Of a stretch of DNA of 64,000 bases, positions 9,949 through 20,112 are shown in pieces. Position 1 is the first letter of the stretch; each line of letters begins with the position of its first letter. The stretch comes from a virus. The notes beneath the pieces were generated by a model that worked only from the letters and a program-made list of their open reading frames with translations, was not told where the DNA came from and ran no database searches. A program made the position numbers and the translations under genes. The stretch covers positions 20,569-84,568 of the IMG/VR virus record IMGVR_UViG_3300033146_000244; one strand, given 5' to 3'.

Positions 9949-10780
9949 ATATTGTAATTATAAATTCATTTAATAATGCGTAATACTTTAATTTATTTTT
10001 GTGGTCTCCTATCTTAATTGCCTCAGTAAACCAGTTATATAAGTCCCACACTGTTGCAAAACCTTCCTCATCTATAGGAAATAGGTTATCATCACTGTCT
10101 CTATACTTTATAGCCGCTATTACTACCCCCTGTGGTAATACTTCTAACATATTACCAAAGAAAGCATTTTGTATGTATCGTGGCAGTTCAATACCCCTCA
10201 TGTCTTCTATAAACGCATCTAATTTAGTATCATCTGATGCTATGAATGTTTTTATTTCTTCAAGCATTGTATGCAAAGAGTTTTCTATATCGCCTGTATG
10301 CCTCTTCTTTATATCTACGTCACTGTTAATTATCATACCGTTACTACATATAGACATATTGTAGCCAAGTCCTATACGCAATGCAATACTTTTGTTTGTA
10401 CTGTTTAGTACATATATAGTTTTACAGTATTCTTTATCCTCTTCTTTATTCATTCTTATCTCTGCAAACATAGTTGTAACTAGTCGCATCATTTGTATCG
10501 TTGGTAGGTTATAACCACTTTCTAAGTAAGTAACTATATCTTTCTCTACTTTACGCATATAGGGTGTTGAACGATTATTCTTAGACAGCCCTATTGTTAC
10601 GATGACTTCCTTAACGGTAGATATGTTATCTTCATTAGCTTTCATCATTACTGTATTTAGTACATCATATAAAGGAAGCGGTTTCCATGTATTAGTTCGG
10701 TTTGGTGTAGATATTAGTTCTAATATGGTTGCTACTCTTACGTCTATTTCATAGTCTGTCATTAAATTTAATGTTATCAT
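9890..10780 (-). CDS. DUF932-family protein
   Basis: NSTNKS...GLG...ICSNGM...KRHTG and TVWDLYNWFTE motifs. Confidence 0.75.
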   Translation of the reverse strand: MITLNLMTDYEIDVRVATILELISTPNRTNTWKPLPLYDVLNTVMMKANEDNISTVKEVIVTIGLSKNNRSTPYMRKVEKDIVTYLESGYNLPTIQMMRLVTTMFAEIRMNKEEDKEYCKTIYVLNSTNKSIALRIGLGYNMSICSNGMIINSDVDIKKRHTGDIENSLHTMLEEIKTFIASDDTKLDAFIEDMRGIELPRYIQNAFFGNMLEVLPQGVVIAAIKYRDSDDNLFPIDEEGFATVWDLYNWFTEAIKIGDHKNKLKYYALLNEFIITIYGEKQILFNKGGTKKLITK

Positions 10781-11708
10781 CTAGTAGTTGTTTTAGTTTA
10801 TTTGTGTTGTTATAATGTTTTACCATGTCACTGGCATCAGTAACTTTGGTTATATCAGGTAGCACTATGTTTACAAAATTAGGGTACTTTCTAAGTATCT
10901 CTTTTGCGTATAGCTGTCCTCTATTCATTCTTTTTTCCCAGTCATTGTCATACAGTATATAGATATTAGGGAATATATCTATTAACTTATTTAGTAGCGG
11001 TTGTTCCAGATACAAGCCTTCGGCTTGTGTTCCAATTACGTTTGGGTATCCAGCTTTCTTTATAACTATAACATCTTTTACACTTTTCGTTATAATTAAG
11101 TAACCTAATTTTCTATCTAGCTTATTTAAGTTATGTATTATTTTACCACTAACACCTCTCATGTTGTTTAACCATTTGTACTTCTTATTTAGTGGTTGGT
11201 ATATCTTCTTATACACTTTATTTTTATAGTACCACGTATAGCATATTACTATATTATTACCTGCGTAGATAGTTTTATCACCTACTTTAAAAGACATTAA
11301 TGAAGATATATTACCTTCATCTGCAAGGTCTTGTTTTGTTATAGTGTAATCATTCCAGTATTGTAGTGTCGCTTTTGGGTGTTTCCTGTACGCAGTTGTT
11401 TCTATAGGGTTGTATGCAGCCCCCTGTGTATAATGTAATCGTTGCTGCGTTTTTGCATCTGCTATGCCACCCTCTACTTCACTTCTGATTTTATCCATCG
11501 CTTCTCCATACGATATATTATTTAACTTCATTACTAAGTCTATACCATCTCCTGTGTCACCAGTAGCCAAGTCTTTATATTTAACCTTACCGCTTCTTGT
11601 GCTGAATACTGCGAAGGACTCCACTTTATCATCTCTGAATGGTGACTGTATTGTTATTGGTATTTTCCTAATACCTAAGTAGTGTTGTAATATTTGCCTA
11701 CTGTCCAT
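10749..11708 (-). CDS. DNA primase (crAss-type, TOPRIM)
   Basis: SPFRDD...F...YKDLATG N-terminus, IITKSVKDV, YDND, DASD. Likely start MDSRQ at 11708. Confidence 0.88.
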   Translation of the reverse strand: MDSRQILQHYLGIRKIPITIQSPFRDDKVESFAVFSTRSGKVKYKDLATGDTGDGIDLVMKLNNISYGEAMDKIRSEVEGGIADAKTQQRLHYTQGAAYNPIETTAYRKHPKATLQYWNDYTITKQDLADEGNISSLMSFKVGDKTIYAGNNIVICYTWYYKNKVYKKIYQPLNKKYKWLNNMRGVSGKIIHNLNKLDRKLGYLIITKSVKDVIVIKKAGYPNVIGTQAEGLYLEQPLLNKLIDIFPNIYILYDNDWEKRMNRGQLYAKEILRKYPNFVNIVLPDITKVTDASDMVKHYNNTNKLKQLLDDNIKFNDRL

Positions 11709-11715
11709 ATACAAG

Positions 11716-11748
11716 AATACCCAACAGCTACTAGAGCCATTGGGCATT
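11716..11748 (-). terminator. Stem-loop after SSB (terminator/attenuator-like)
   Basis: Minus strand AATGCCCAATGGCT-ctagt-AGCTGTTGGGTATT, 14 bp with G-U pairs; weak U tail. Confidence 0.55.
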
Positions 11749-11765
11749 ATTTATATCTGTTCTAT

Positions 11766-12728
11766 TTAGAACGGTAGGTCATCTTCTTTTTCATCATATT
11801 CTTCGCTATGTGTGCTATGTGTTTCGGGTTGTAGGAAGTCTCCTATTACTACCTCCTTAGTGTTCATGCGACTATTAGCAGTTTCTATGTCTTCACCGCT
11901 TTCATCTACATCACACATTACGAGGTCATCTATATGGTACTTGCTGCTTTTACCAAACCAATTGTTAAGTAACTTTCTAATATTGTTTTTACCAGTCACT
12001 GGCATATACATCTGTCTCAAATATAGTATAGTCTTACCTTCATCGTTTTTGAAGTCTTTAACTTTAACGTACCCCATAAGAGTCTTAACTCCTTTAGATA
12101 GCTCTATATACTCTTTTAGTTCACTGAAGTCACCACCAAATATAGCATCCCAGTTCCAGTCAGCTACTCCTAGTGGTAATTGTTTAGGTATCAAGCTAGC
12201 CATAAATTCAATAAATCTGTCCTCTCCGTCAAGCCCTCGTCTAATATCAAAGCCTTTACCCGTTGTTTTATTAGTAAGCGTCATGTAGTTAGATGGTTCT
12301 ATTCTATCTATTGCTTTACCCCAAGTCTTTTGTAACTGACCATTTGTGTACAAGTAAGACCCTTTGCTGCTTACAGCTCTCTCTGTATTTTTAACCCATA
12401 CCGGTATATCAATTATTGTACCAGCCATTTCTTTCTGTACAACAGTCTTATCATTGACTACTGTAGGTGTAATAACTTTAAATATAAATAGTAGCTTAAC
12501 TTGTTCAAAGTCCTCTATATTACCATCTTTATCTTTTGCAGGTGTTACGTATTCCTCATCTACCTTATCACCATTTCTATCTGTATATTCTCTCATCCCT
12601 AACTCTAAGCGCTCCTCATTAGTAGGGTTCACTCCTACTAGTTCCGCATTAATAAGACCCGTAAATTTGATTGTTTTAATGTCTTTTTTCTCTTCTGCGT
12701 TTTTGAAAGCATCTTGTAGTAATCCCAT
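11766..12728 (-). CDS. crAss-type single-stranded DNA-binding protein
   Basis: FTG...VGVNPT.EE N-terminus, acidic tail ending EDDLPF, located beside the primase. Confidence 0.8.
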   Translation of the reverse strand: MGLLQDAFKNAEEKKDIKTIKFTGLINAELVGVNPTNEERLELGMREYTDRNGDKVDEEYVTPAKDKDGNIEDFEQVKLLFIFKVITPTVVNDKTVVQKEMAGTIIDIPVWVKNTERAVSSKGSYLYTNGQLQKTWGKAIDRIEPSNYMTLTNKTTGKGFDIRRGLDGEDRFIEFMASLIPKQLPLGVADWNWDAIFGGDFSELKEYIELSKGVKTLMGYVKVKDFKNDEGKTILYLRQMYMPVTGKNNIRKLLNNWFGKSSKYHIDDLVMCDVDESGEDIETANSRMNTKEVVIGDFLQPETHSTHSEEYDEKEDDLPF

Positions 12729-12775
12729 ATTGTTTTGTTGTTTTTATGTGTGTGTTATACTCTATTACTATACTT

Positions 12776-12806
12776 AAAAGACGTGCAACCTTTCAGCTAC
12801 ACGTCT
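12776..12806 (-). terminator. Intrinsic terminator
   Basis: Minus strand AGACGTGTAGCT-GAAA-GGTTGCACGTCT-TTT: GNRA-capped stem with U tract. Confidence 0.8.
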
Positions 12807-12837
12807 ATATTGTATTTATTATTTTGTATCTATTCTA

Positions 12838-13614
12838 CTATGCAAATATGTCTTCATCTGCTTCTACTACTACTTCTACTTTTTCTTTATTTTCTTCTAC
12901 TTCTTCTGTTTCGTCTATTTCGCTTACTTCTTCTTTTGTTACTACCCCATCTACTTTTGTTTGATTAGCTACAATACCTGTTATAGTGGTATCTACGTCA
13001 CGCTTTTCCACGTAAGCATTGTATAGTTCGTTAGCTTCTAACAAGTTCTCTTTATACGTAAGTTCGTATCCTTTCACTGTTGAAAACTCATTATCGTCTC
13101 CTACGAATGTAAATTCTTCCTCTGTTGTGTTGATGTCAAATAAGAACTCATTGACCTTAGATAAGTCAAATTCTCTATTGTATTGATTGATAAACTTTGA
13201 GTACTTATGGAACTCAGGTACTTTAGCTCGTGTAGTACTAATCTGAGTAACTAGTCCAGCTTCATCAACTACTAAGTATAATTTGTCAGTATTGAAGTCT
13301 CTCAATAAGATTACTGCTTTACCATGACCGTTATCGCTATCATCTCGTAATAGGTTTAGCGTATAAGGGTTGTGGATTATTAGTTTCTTTTTAGATGCTC
13401 TTTCTTCAGTGTCGTCTGTAAGGATAGCTAATACTAGTGTATCCTCTTGGTTACTGCCTACTGCAACTTCTCTGCTTTTAGATGATTTGTATCCTTTAAT
13501 GTAGGATGCTCTTGGTTTAAGTACTCTTGCGCCATTAGAAGTTGCTTTTACTCCTATTACCGCATTTGACGTTAGTGTACTTCCTTTGATACCTGTTACT
13601 GATAATTTTGACAT
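12838..13614 (-). CDS. Hypothetical protein with very acidic C-terminus
   Basis: Likely start MSKLS at 13614; has its own promoter and terminator. Confidence 0.7.
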   Translation of the reverse strand: MSKLSVTGIKGSTLTSNAVIGVKATSNGARVLKPRASYIKGYKSSKSREVAVGSNQEDTLVLAILTDDTEERASKKKLIIHNPYTLNLLRDDSDNGHGKAVILLRDFNTDKLYLVVDEAGLVTQISTTRAKVPEFHKYSKFINQYNREFDLSKVNEFLFDINTTEEEFTFVGDDNEFSTVKGYELTYKENLLEANELYNAYVEKRDVDTTITGIVANQTKVDGVVTKEEVSEIDETEEVEENKEKVEVVVEADEDIFA

Positions 13615-13680
13615 GTTTGTTTTGTTTTGTGGTTTACTCCTCTTTGGCGTTATTGCTAGCACCCGTTCTTAATTAGAATG

Positions 13681-13711
13681 CAAAGATACAACAATTATTT
13701 AGTTATTGCAA
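13681..13711 (-). promoter_or_regulatory. Bacteroidota primary-sigma promoter (-33 TTG / -7 TAnnTTTG)
   Basis: Minus strand gTTG-20 nt-TATCTTTG, about 65 nt upstream of the 13614 start. Confidence 0.75.
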
Positions 13712-14756
13712 CTTTTTCACTTATTTTTTTGTAATCTACGACACTCTCTTTACCAATATATCCAAAGTAACCTATTTCACCGAAAAAGAAAGTCGGCGTA
13801 AGTATGTTAATATCCCCATCTCTGTTTTTCATTATGTTTATCACTCTAAACCTACCTTTGAGACCATCTGAATCTGCAGCACTTCTCGGTATTATCTTAT
13901 AACCCCCATATAACGCTATTCCTTCCCTATAAGGACTACCAATACCAATCATTATATCAGCATCCTCGTAAGTGGACTTTGAATCACGGAGGTCGGTATG
14001 TCCTGGTAGTACCCTTTGTTCAGGTGTATAATCCTTAGTTGGCGTTATCTGTTGAACTACAATGGCTATCAGCTTAGTCGGATTCCTAACAGTGAATAGA
14101 AACTTACTAATATCATCTATTGTTTGTTTCTTATTTGCTCCACCGATAGATGATGCAATACCTATATGGTCTATTGCTACCATATATACATCTTTCTGGT
14201 TATGCGGTTCATACTTTACTATCTGCCTATCCTCTATTGTTAATTTACCGTTGGTCTTTAAATAATTAAAGGTATTCCTCTTTAAGTTACTTATTGTAAT
14301 GTACGTGTAGAATGATATTCTGTTTACAAGCGCAGTAGTGTAATCTACGCATTCTTTAGACATAATCAACTCCTCTATATGACTAGGTATCGTCAGAGCT
14401 CCTTCGCTCATCAGTAACTTCGGTGTAGTGAGTATCCCTTTCCTAGTAAATAACCAATAACACATAGCTTTTACTATTATCACAGCAGGGCTAATTTCTG
14501 GTGTATAGATGTCTATATGTACATTGAAGTTACCAGTAGTAGCTTTATCGTGCATATTAAATAAGAACTGGTCGTATAGGAAAGATGACTTTCCTACGTT
14601 ACTAAGTGCTCCTATTAAATAATACTTACCTGGTACTATGGATAAATGTTTACTGAGGTCTCCACCCAACCTGAATGGAAACCCCGTATTCAATCCTAAT
14701 TTACCGTCTTCTATCCTTTTAAGTGATTGTTCGTACCAATCTATGCTTATACCCAT
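13695..14756 (-). CDS. Replicative helicase, DnaB/SF4-like
   Basis: Walker A GALSNVGKS, IDHIG, VVQQ, DLRDSK...EDAD, IMKNRDG. Confidence 0.88.
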   Translation of the reverse strand: MGISIDWYEQSLKRIEDGKLGLNTGFPFRLGGDLSKHLSIVPGKYYLIGALSNVGKSSFLYDQFLFNMHDKATTGNFNVHIDIYTPEISPAVIIVKAMCYWLFTRKGILTTPKLLMSEGALTIPSHIEELIMSKECVDYTTALVNRISFYTYITISNLKRNTFNYLKTNGKLTIEDRQIVKYEPHNQKDVYMVAIDHIGIASSIGGANKKQTIDDISKFLFTVRNPTKLIAIVVQQITPTKDYTPEQRVLPGHTDLRDSKSTYEDADIMIGIGSPYREGIALYGGYKIIPRSAADSDGLKGRFRVINIMKNRDGDINILTPTFFFGEIGYFGYIGKESVVDYKKISEKVAITK

Positions 14757-15370
14757 TCGTGTGTACCTCCTCCCACTGTAGAGTTATCTTTTTCAAAGTT
14801 CATACCCTCTAACTCTTGTAGTAATCTACTATTTATTAGTAATTCCTTTGTTACTTTATCCTCTCGTGTATTGTTAATAAAGTTTTCCGCCTTCAGTAAG
14901 TACTTATACCCACTACTTCTCTGTGAGTCTATATAATTTTTAGTGGCATCTAGTATCTGCTTATCTGTATAGTCGTGTTTGGATAGGAAGTACGATAACC
15001 TGCTACTACAAGCAGTCTTACTTCCCATTCTTGACCTGAAAGCATCTTTAAATAACTTACGGTACTCTGTAAGTAGGTAAACTCCGCAACTATTAGATAA
15101 AGGCGACATCACATTTACACTGGGGGTAGTGCTTTTAACAATATTGTTACCCTCACCAAAAGCATCTATCGTCTTATTAGTAAATACTAACGGCACTATT
15201 GGGACTATGTAGCCCTTATCAGTTAGTGTACTAACTAACTTCGTACTGTCGTAACCGTTATACCCACTTATTAACTCATCTGCATACTTTATCTTACCTA
15301 TATACAAATAGTATAAACATAAACTCTCCTTGTTTGTAAGGTCTTTTCTTTTTATCTCTTCATGTATCAT
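14747..15370 (-). CDS. Putative replication-initiator/helicase-loader-like protein
   Basis: Immediately upstream of the helicase; ILDATKNYI...YKYLLKAENFI motif of crAss Rep-like proteins. Confidence 0.55.
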   Translation of the reverse strand: MIHEEIKRKDLTNKESLCLYYLYIGKIKYADELISGYNGYDSTKLVSTLTDKGYIVPIVPLVFTNKTIDAFGEGNNIVKSTTPSVNVMSPLSNSCGVYLLTEYRKLFKDAFRSRMGSKTACSSRLSYFLSKHDYTDKQILDATKNYIDSQRSSGYKYLLKAENFINNTREDKVTKELLINSRLLQELEGMNFEKDNSTVGGGTHEWV

Positions 15371-15375
15371 TTGTA

Positions 15376-15750
15376 TTAATTAGTTGTATTCTCATATTCT
15401 TTTATTCTTATTACTAGCTCCTTTATCCTACTCTTTGCTTCTACTAGTGCATTATAATACATCAATAATCTTCTCTTATCTCCTACTAAGTTCCCCAATT
15501 CCCACTGAGCTGTCATCTTATGTATCTCACCATCTGTGAGCTTATCTCCATCTTGTAGTATAAACTTACTCGTCTTCTCCTTCTCTGTAATTGACATACT
15601 AGTTACTACCCCATAGAAGTATCCGCAACTGTTATTTTTAAATGGTGCTTCTGTAAACTTGTTCTGGTGTGTAAAAGATTCCTCATCTATGTATCTTAAG
15701 CAGTCTTCTCGTAATGTACAGTCATTACCATCACACATTATTATGTCCAT
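15376..15750 (-). CDS. Hypothetical protein with N-terminal DIxMCxGxxCxxxxxCxRY motif
   Basis: Common Cys-rich phage motif. Confidence 0.65.
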   Translation of the reverse strand: MDIIMCDGNDCTLREDCLRYIDEESFTHQNKFTEAPFKNNSCGYFYGVVTSMSITEKEKTSKFILQDGDKLTDGEIHKMTAQWELGNLVGDKRRLLMYYNALVEAKSRIKELVIRIKEYENTTN

Positions 15751-15871
15751 TGTATATTAACTGTTTAATTTTATCTACTATTGTATTTGTTATATTCTGT
15801 GTTTCTGTTTCTCCTATCTCGTACTGCAAATAAGCTATCCCATGAAGTAATGTTTTGTTTCCATGTTACAG

Positions 15872-16162
15872 CTAAGCTACTATAGTTCTATCACCATTCC
15901 ACTTCTTACCATTTAGATACCACTGGTAATCTATTTGCTGTATAGCTACTCCTGGTAAAGCATTTAATCTACTTTTGGTTACATTAGACTGGTAGTTACC
16001 GTCTTCTATTATCAGTAAACCATCTTTGTATAATGTAGCTATTCTCATCTCATGTAGCAGTACAACTGACTTACACTTGTGTACAACTACCTCTGTATTC
16101 CTATTGCTAAACTTTTTGTGGTTGTATAGCTTACAAACCATTTGCTCCTCTATCTTACGCAT
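15872..16162 (-). CDS. Conserved phage hypothetical protein
   Basis: MRKIE...NTEV...LH...IA...TKSRLNAL...Q...W motif. Confidence 0.7.
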   Translation of the reverse strand: MRKIEEQMVCKLYNHKKFSNRNTEVVVHKCKSVVLLHEMRIATLYKDGLLIIEDGNYQSNVTKSRLNALPGVAIQQIDYQWYLNGKKWNGDRTIVA

Positions 16163-16459
16163 TAGCTTAGTTACAATTATTTAACTCTTTTTCTATTACA
16201 TCAATCATATCTACTCTTGTTATAAACATCACGACTGTATGTATTTAATGTATACACCGTTCCCACCCTAGCTATAAGCTCTGTAAATCCTATTATAGTA
16301 CCTATATGTACGTACCGACGTAACCCCTCTGCATACATTACTACTACGTTATCACCTACTTTAAGTTTATTTTAGTAAGTCTCCCGTTTGTTATTATTTT
16401 GTTTATATAACTACTTCTACATGTGCTAATTTTCTAGTCATCTATTGGTATATTAATAG

Positions 16460-17626
16460 TTAATAATTTCCCCAAATCTTATTAACTACTGACTTCTCTA
16501 CTACACTTGCCCAACTACCATCTACATACAACCACTGGTTACCTGTAGATATGCCTTGTTTTATCTGACTAGTGTAATCTCTGTCTATACCATGTATGCG
16601 TATATCTTCCACAATACCGCTATATGCACTATATACGCTACCAGAGTAAGCACTATTAAACCTATCACCCTTACTGTACCGTGCACTTACTTCTTTATTC
16701 AACGCAGCCTCTACTTCTTTTGTACTAGCTATACTCCAATCTTCTGGTCTTCCTTTAATGGTGGTAGTAGCTTTAGCTATCCATGTACCATCAGTACCCC
16801 AACCATATCCCGTAAAGTGCTCGGTACTTGTAATATAAATTAAACTACCATTTACACTCTTATACCACGTATTTACTTTCAATCTTACCGTGTCTCCTAT
16901 CTTAAACTTTAACTTACCTTTCCATTTTAATTCATTATAGTAAGTTTTAGCGTTTGTTTCGTTTGAGAAATGTTTAGTATTCACTTTACTACCTTTTACA
17001 AAACAACCATACTTTATTACTGGTATGCCCTCCTTATCGTACCCAACAATCCAACTCTCCTCGTTTTGATAGATAGCTCTTCCTTTTAATGTGCCTTGCC
17101 AGTTTTCTGCCCTACCGTCCAAGCCCTTATGACACTTCGTAGTAGTACACATATCACTGTTCATAGGTGCTTTATTACAATTAATACAGCTCTTCTTAGG
17201 AAACGTACCATCTGTAAAGTCCTCTGTGTAGAACATAGGTTTTATACCTGACTCTATTAGTTCTTTTTTAGTTAAGACTTCTCCAAGTGTATAAGGTGTA
17301 TCACCTACCCATACACACGCTAAACCTCCCACTGACAAAGCATAGTCAGTCACTACTCCTAAGTACTTATTTGTGTACTTACTATATATACCTGTACCTC
17401 CCAATCCTTGATTTACGTTGAACACATTATTGCTAATATCGTTATCGCTTCCTACGTCAGCTCCCCCTGTGTTATTGTTATCTTGCTGCTGCATTTTTTG
17501 ACCGTCATCTCCCTCATTTACTTCAAATTGCAGTACCTCCATAATGTATTTCTTTGCGTACTCATTATCGCGTGTGTAATATGAATTAACAGCATTACAT
17601 AATCTCTTACATTCGTTTATTGTCAT
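16460..17626 (-). CDS. Mosaic hypothetical protein
   Basis: 388-aa ORF with Q/N-rich linker, CxxC and KFKIGDTV repeat-type motif. Confidence 0.65.
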   Translation of the reverse strand: MTINECKRLCNAVNSYYTRDNEYAKKYIMEVLQFEVNEGDDGQKMQQQDNNNTGGADVGSDNDISNNVFNVNQGLGGTGIYSKYTNKYLGVVTDYALSVGGLACVWVGDTPYTLGEVLTKKELIESGIKPMFYTEDFTDGTFPKKSCINCNKAPMNSDMCTTTKCHKGLDGRAENWQGTLKGRAIYQNEESWIVGYDKEGIPVIKYGCFVKGSKVNTKHFSNETNAKTYYNELKWKGKLKFKIGDTVRLKVNTWYKSVNGSLIYITSTEHFTGYGWGTDGTWIAKATTTIKGRPEDWSIASTKEVEAALNKEVSARYSKGDRFNSAYSGSVYSAYSGIVEDIRIHGIDRDYTSQIKQGISTGNQWLYVDGSWASVVEKSVVNKIWGNY

Positions 17627-17655
17627 ACCTATTGTATTTAATTATTATTTAATCA

Positions 17656-18711
17656 TTACTTATCTATTCTAATCCCTACCATCACTGGAAAACGTGGTAC
17701 TCCAGTATTACTGTATTCAAAGAATCTTAATTCAGCTACCTTACCTATGTAATCTTCTTTGTTGGTTAGCATCTTCTCTCGTTCTTTATGAGACATTTTA
17801 ACACCACAGCCGAGTATATTATCTCCGTACCTATGTCCTTTTGCTCCTTCCCAATCAAACACAGGAGAGCCAAATTCTTTATGTACGTCCTCTGGTATTA
17901 TATCTTTTATTTTAATAGCTACATCTAAGAAGTCCTTATATTTCAGTAAACTGTCACTCCTCTTGTTAGGTTCGTATCCTTTATCGCCATGTCGTATTAT
18001 AGTACCTTCGTATCCTTGTTTTAAATATACTTTATGTGCATTAAACAATTCTTCCTCATTTTTTATCATCTGTATTGGTACTAACTCTATACTATCTATA
18101 CCGTGTACTAAATCATGTAAAGTACTGTATCTATCCACAAACGGTTTATCGCTAATCATATCGTAAACGTGATACTTAATATCAGCACTCTCTGGTCTAT
18201 TCTTTTTAATTAACTTCACATTCTCTTGGAATGACTTACCATGTGCATACAATTCTCCGTCTATCACGTCGTCGGTAGCTATATTTACTACAGCTATATG
18301 TGGTAGTGTATCAATAACCCTATTCTTTCTTGACAACATCACTTTGTTACTCTTTATACACCTTATGCCATCTAACTTCGGTTGTACGTAACAAGGAAAC
18401 TTTACTTTATGTTTATGGTCTTTATACGAGTAAGCTAGCATGGGTAATATAACTTTATTATTTTCTGCTTCTTCTATCGTGTATTTATACCCTTCTGCTA
18501 ATTTCTTTGTTATTAGATTTTCTGCCTCCTTTGTTGCCTGCTCTCTTCCACTGGTCTCATTAGATTTACCAGTATTCTTAGGAGTGCATTCTTTAATATG
18601 CTTTACCATTTTACCACCGACTATCCCCGTATAACGTATAAGCATCTCACCAGACGTCTTTATTTCAATAAGGCGTATCTTACCCTTACTATCTTGTTTA
18701 TATAGGTTCAT
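17656..18711 (-). CDS. lig: ATP-dependent DNA ligase
   Basis: PMLA, QPKLDGIRC, DGELY, YHVYD, YEGTIIR, KRS..LLKYK, PRFP. Confidence 0.95.
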   Translation of the reverse strand: MNLYKQDSKGKIRLIEIKTSGEMLIRYTGIVGGKMVKHIKECTPKNTGKSNETSGREQATKEAENLITKKLAEGYKYTIEEAENNKVILPMLAYSYKDHKHKVKFPCYVQPKLDGIRCIKSNKVMLSRKNRVIDTLPHIAVVNIATDDVIDGELYAHGKSFQENVKLIKKNRPESADIKYHVYDMISDKPFVDRYSTLHDLVHGIDSIELVPIQMIKNEEELFNAHKVYLKQGYEGTIIRHGDKGYEPNKRSDSLLKYKDFLDVAIKIKDIIPEDVHKEFGSPVFDWEGAKGHRYGDNILGCGVKMSHKEREKMLTNKEDYIGKVAELRFFEYSNTGVPRFPVMVGIRIDK

Positions 18712-18718
18712 GTATATT

Positions 18719-18952
18719 TTATTCTTTTATTAGCATTTTTGTCTTCGCCATGTCGCTTAAAGCGTTATAGCCAGTATGGCATTCTAGGTACTCCAACATA
18801 GAGTGCTCTGCATAGCTATCTACCATTTCTTGGTAAGTGAGCTTTTCAAACCCCTCCTTTGTAAAGTATTTTTTTAACTTCTTCTCTGTAACAGTTATTT
18901 GCTTACTGTACGTTACTACTGTTGTTTTGTCTTTATTCATTATAGTATTCAT
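18719..18952 (-). CDS. Hypothetical protein
   Basis: 77-aa ORF packed in the operon. Confidence 0.55.
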   Translation of the reverse strand: MNTIMNKDKTTVVTYSKQITVTEKKLKKYFTKEGFEKLTYQEMVDSYAEHSMLEYLECHTGYNALSDMAKTKMLIKE

Positions 18953-19616
18953 TTATTCTTTTTATTACCACATCTAAGTCGTTATCTATTTTTAACTCAG
19001 CAAACATTCCAGCTGGCGATTTAGCAGGTATTATAATCTTATCTAACTTACTTCTGTTAGTTATAAACCCGTATTGTGCTATGTCATCGTCATCAAATTC
19101 ACAGTAGCTGTATAACACCACATCTACTAATGCTAATGGGTTATACTTATCCTCTAACATCTGTCCTATTAGCTTAATCTTCTTCTTTACCTTTTTCCTG
19201 TCATTAGTATCATCATCATCGTGAAATACTAAGAAGATGTTATCTATGTATTTAGTGTTATTAGCTACATCTAATATACTTTGCATGTGTTTACCCATCT
19301 CACCAAACTTTGTGTACCCAGTCTCCTCAGCTCTTGCAAAGAACTCTTTTTGCATAATGAATCCAACATCATCTATTATTATCGTATTTACTTTAGTGGC
19401 TTTTTTGTCAATAGCCTTTAAATACTTTATTAACTGCGCATAATTGTTTGCTACTGCTATGTTCTTACTAGTAGCATTATAAGTTCTCCTACTACCAGTA
19501 AACGATAAGTCTTTATCTACCGCCTGTATTATTACTGTACTCTCTGGTGATAGGTTTCTAAGTGAATAAGTTTTACCTGTACCTGTATCACCTAGTATAA
19601 TTCTTAATTTAGCCAT
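18933..19616 (-). CDS. AAA_24/Sak4-like ATPase
   Basis: GDTGTGKT, IIIDD, GYTKF, AKSPAGMF...NDL. Confidence 0.85.
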   Translation of the reverse strand: MAKLRIILGDTGTGKTYSLRNLSPESTVIIQAVDKDLSFTGSRRTYNATSKNIAVANNYAQLIKYLKAIDKKATKVNTIIIDDVGFIMQKEFFARAEETGYTKFGEMGKHMQSILDVANNTKYIDNIFLVFHDDDDTNDRKKVKKKIKLIGQMLEDKYNPLALVDVVLYSYCEFDDDDIAQYGFITNRSKLDKIIIPAKSPAGMFAELKIDNDLDVVIKRINEYYNE

Positions 19617-19747
19617 ATTTACTTATTATATGTTTGTTACTACTCTATTCATTGTATCTGTATCAACCGCCATTTTAGCGACTCCTCTATTTTATCCTCT
19701 TCTATTACATCTATGTTTCTTGAGTGATATACATACTGTCTCCATGT

Positions 19748-20008
19748 TTAATTACTCTTATACGAGTGTTGTTGTTGCTCTTGCTTCTTTACGTAATCTA
19801 CCACTTTTAATACACCATTCTTCTTGTGGTAAGTAGCACTCACTACTCCATTACGTAGCTTATGACACACGTAGCATCTATCATGTCCTTGTCTTTCTAC
19901 TAACCTTCTCTTTAGTGGCTTCCCACAATCTACACATCTCTTATTTGACATATCGTTATAAGCTATCCCTTTTCTTTTCCCAGTACTTACTGTTGATTTT
20001 ATTGCCAT
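19748..20008 (-). CDS. Small zinc-finger protein
   Basis: CVDCGK...RCYVCH. Confidence 0.6.
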   Translation of the reverse strand: MAIKSTVSTGKRKGIAYNDMSNKRCVDCGKPLKRRLVERQGHDRCYVCHKLRNGVVSATYHKKNGVLKVVDYVKKQEQQQHSYKSN

Positions 20009-20112
20009 TCTATACGTCTATATTTACCTTATTTATAATACCCCTTTTATTCTTATAATGCGGACAATCTACAAGTGGTTTGTTGGTTGTTTTCATTATA
20101 CTCTTTATTTAT

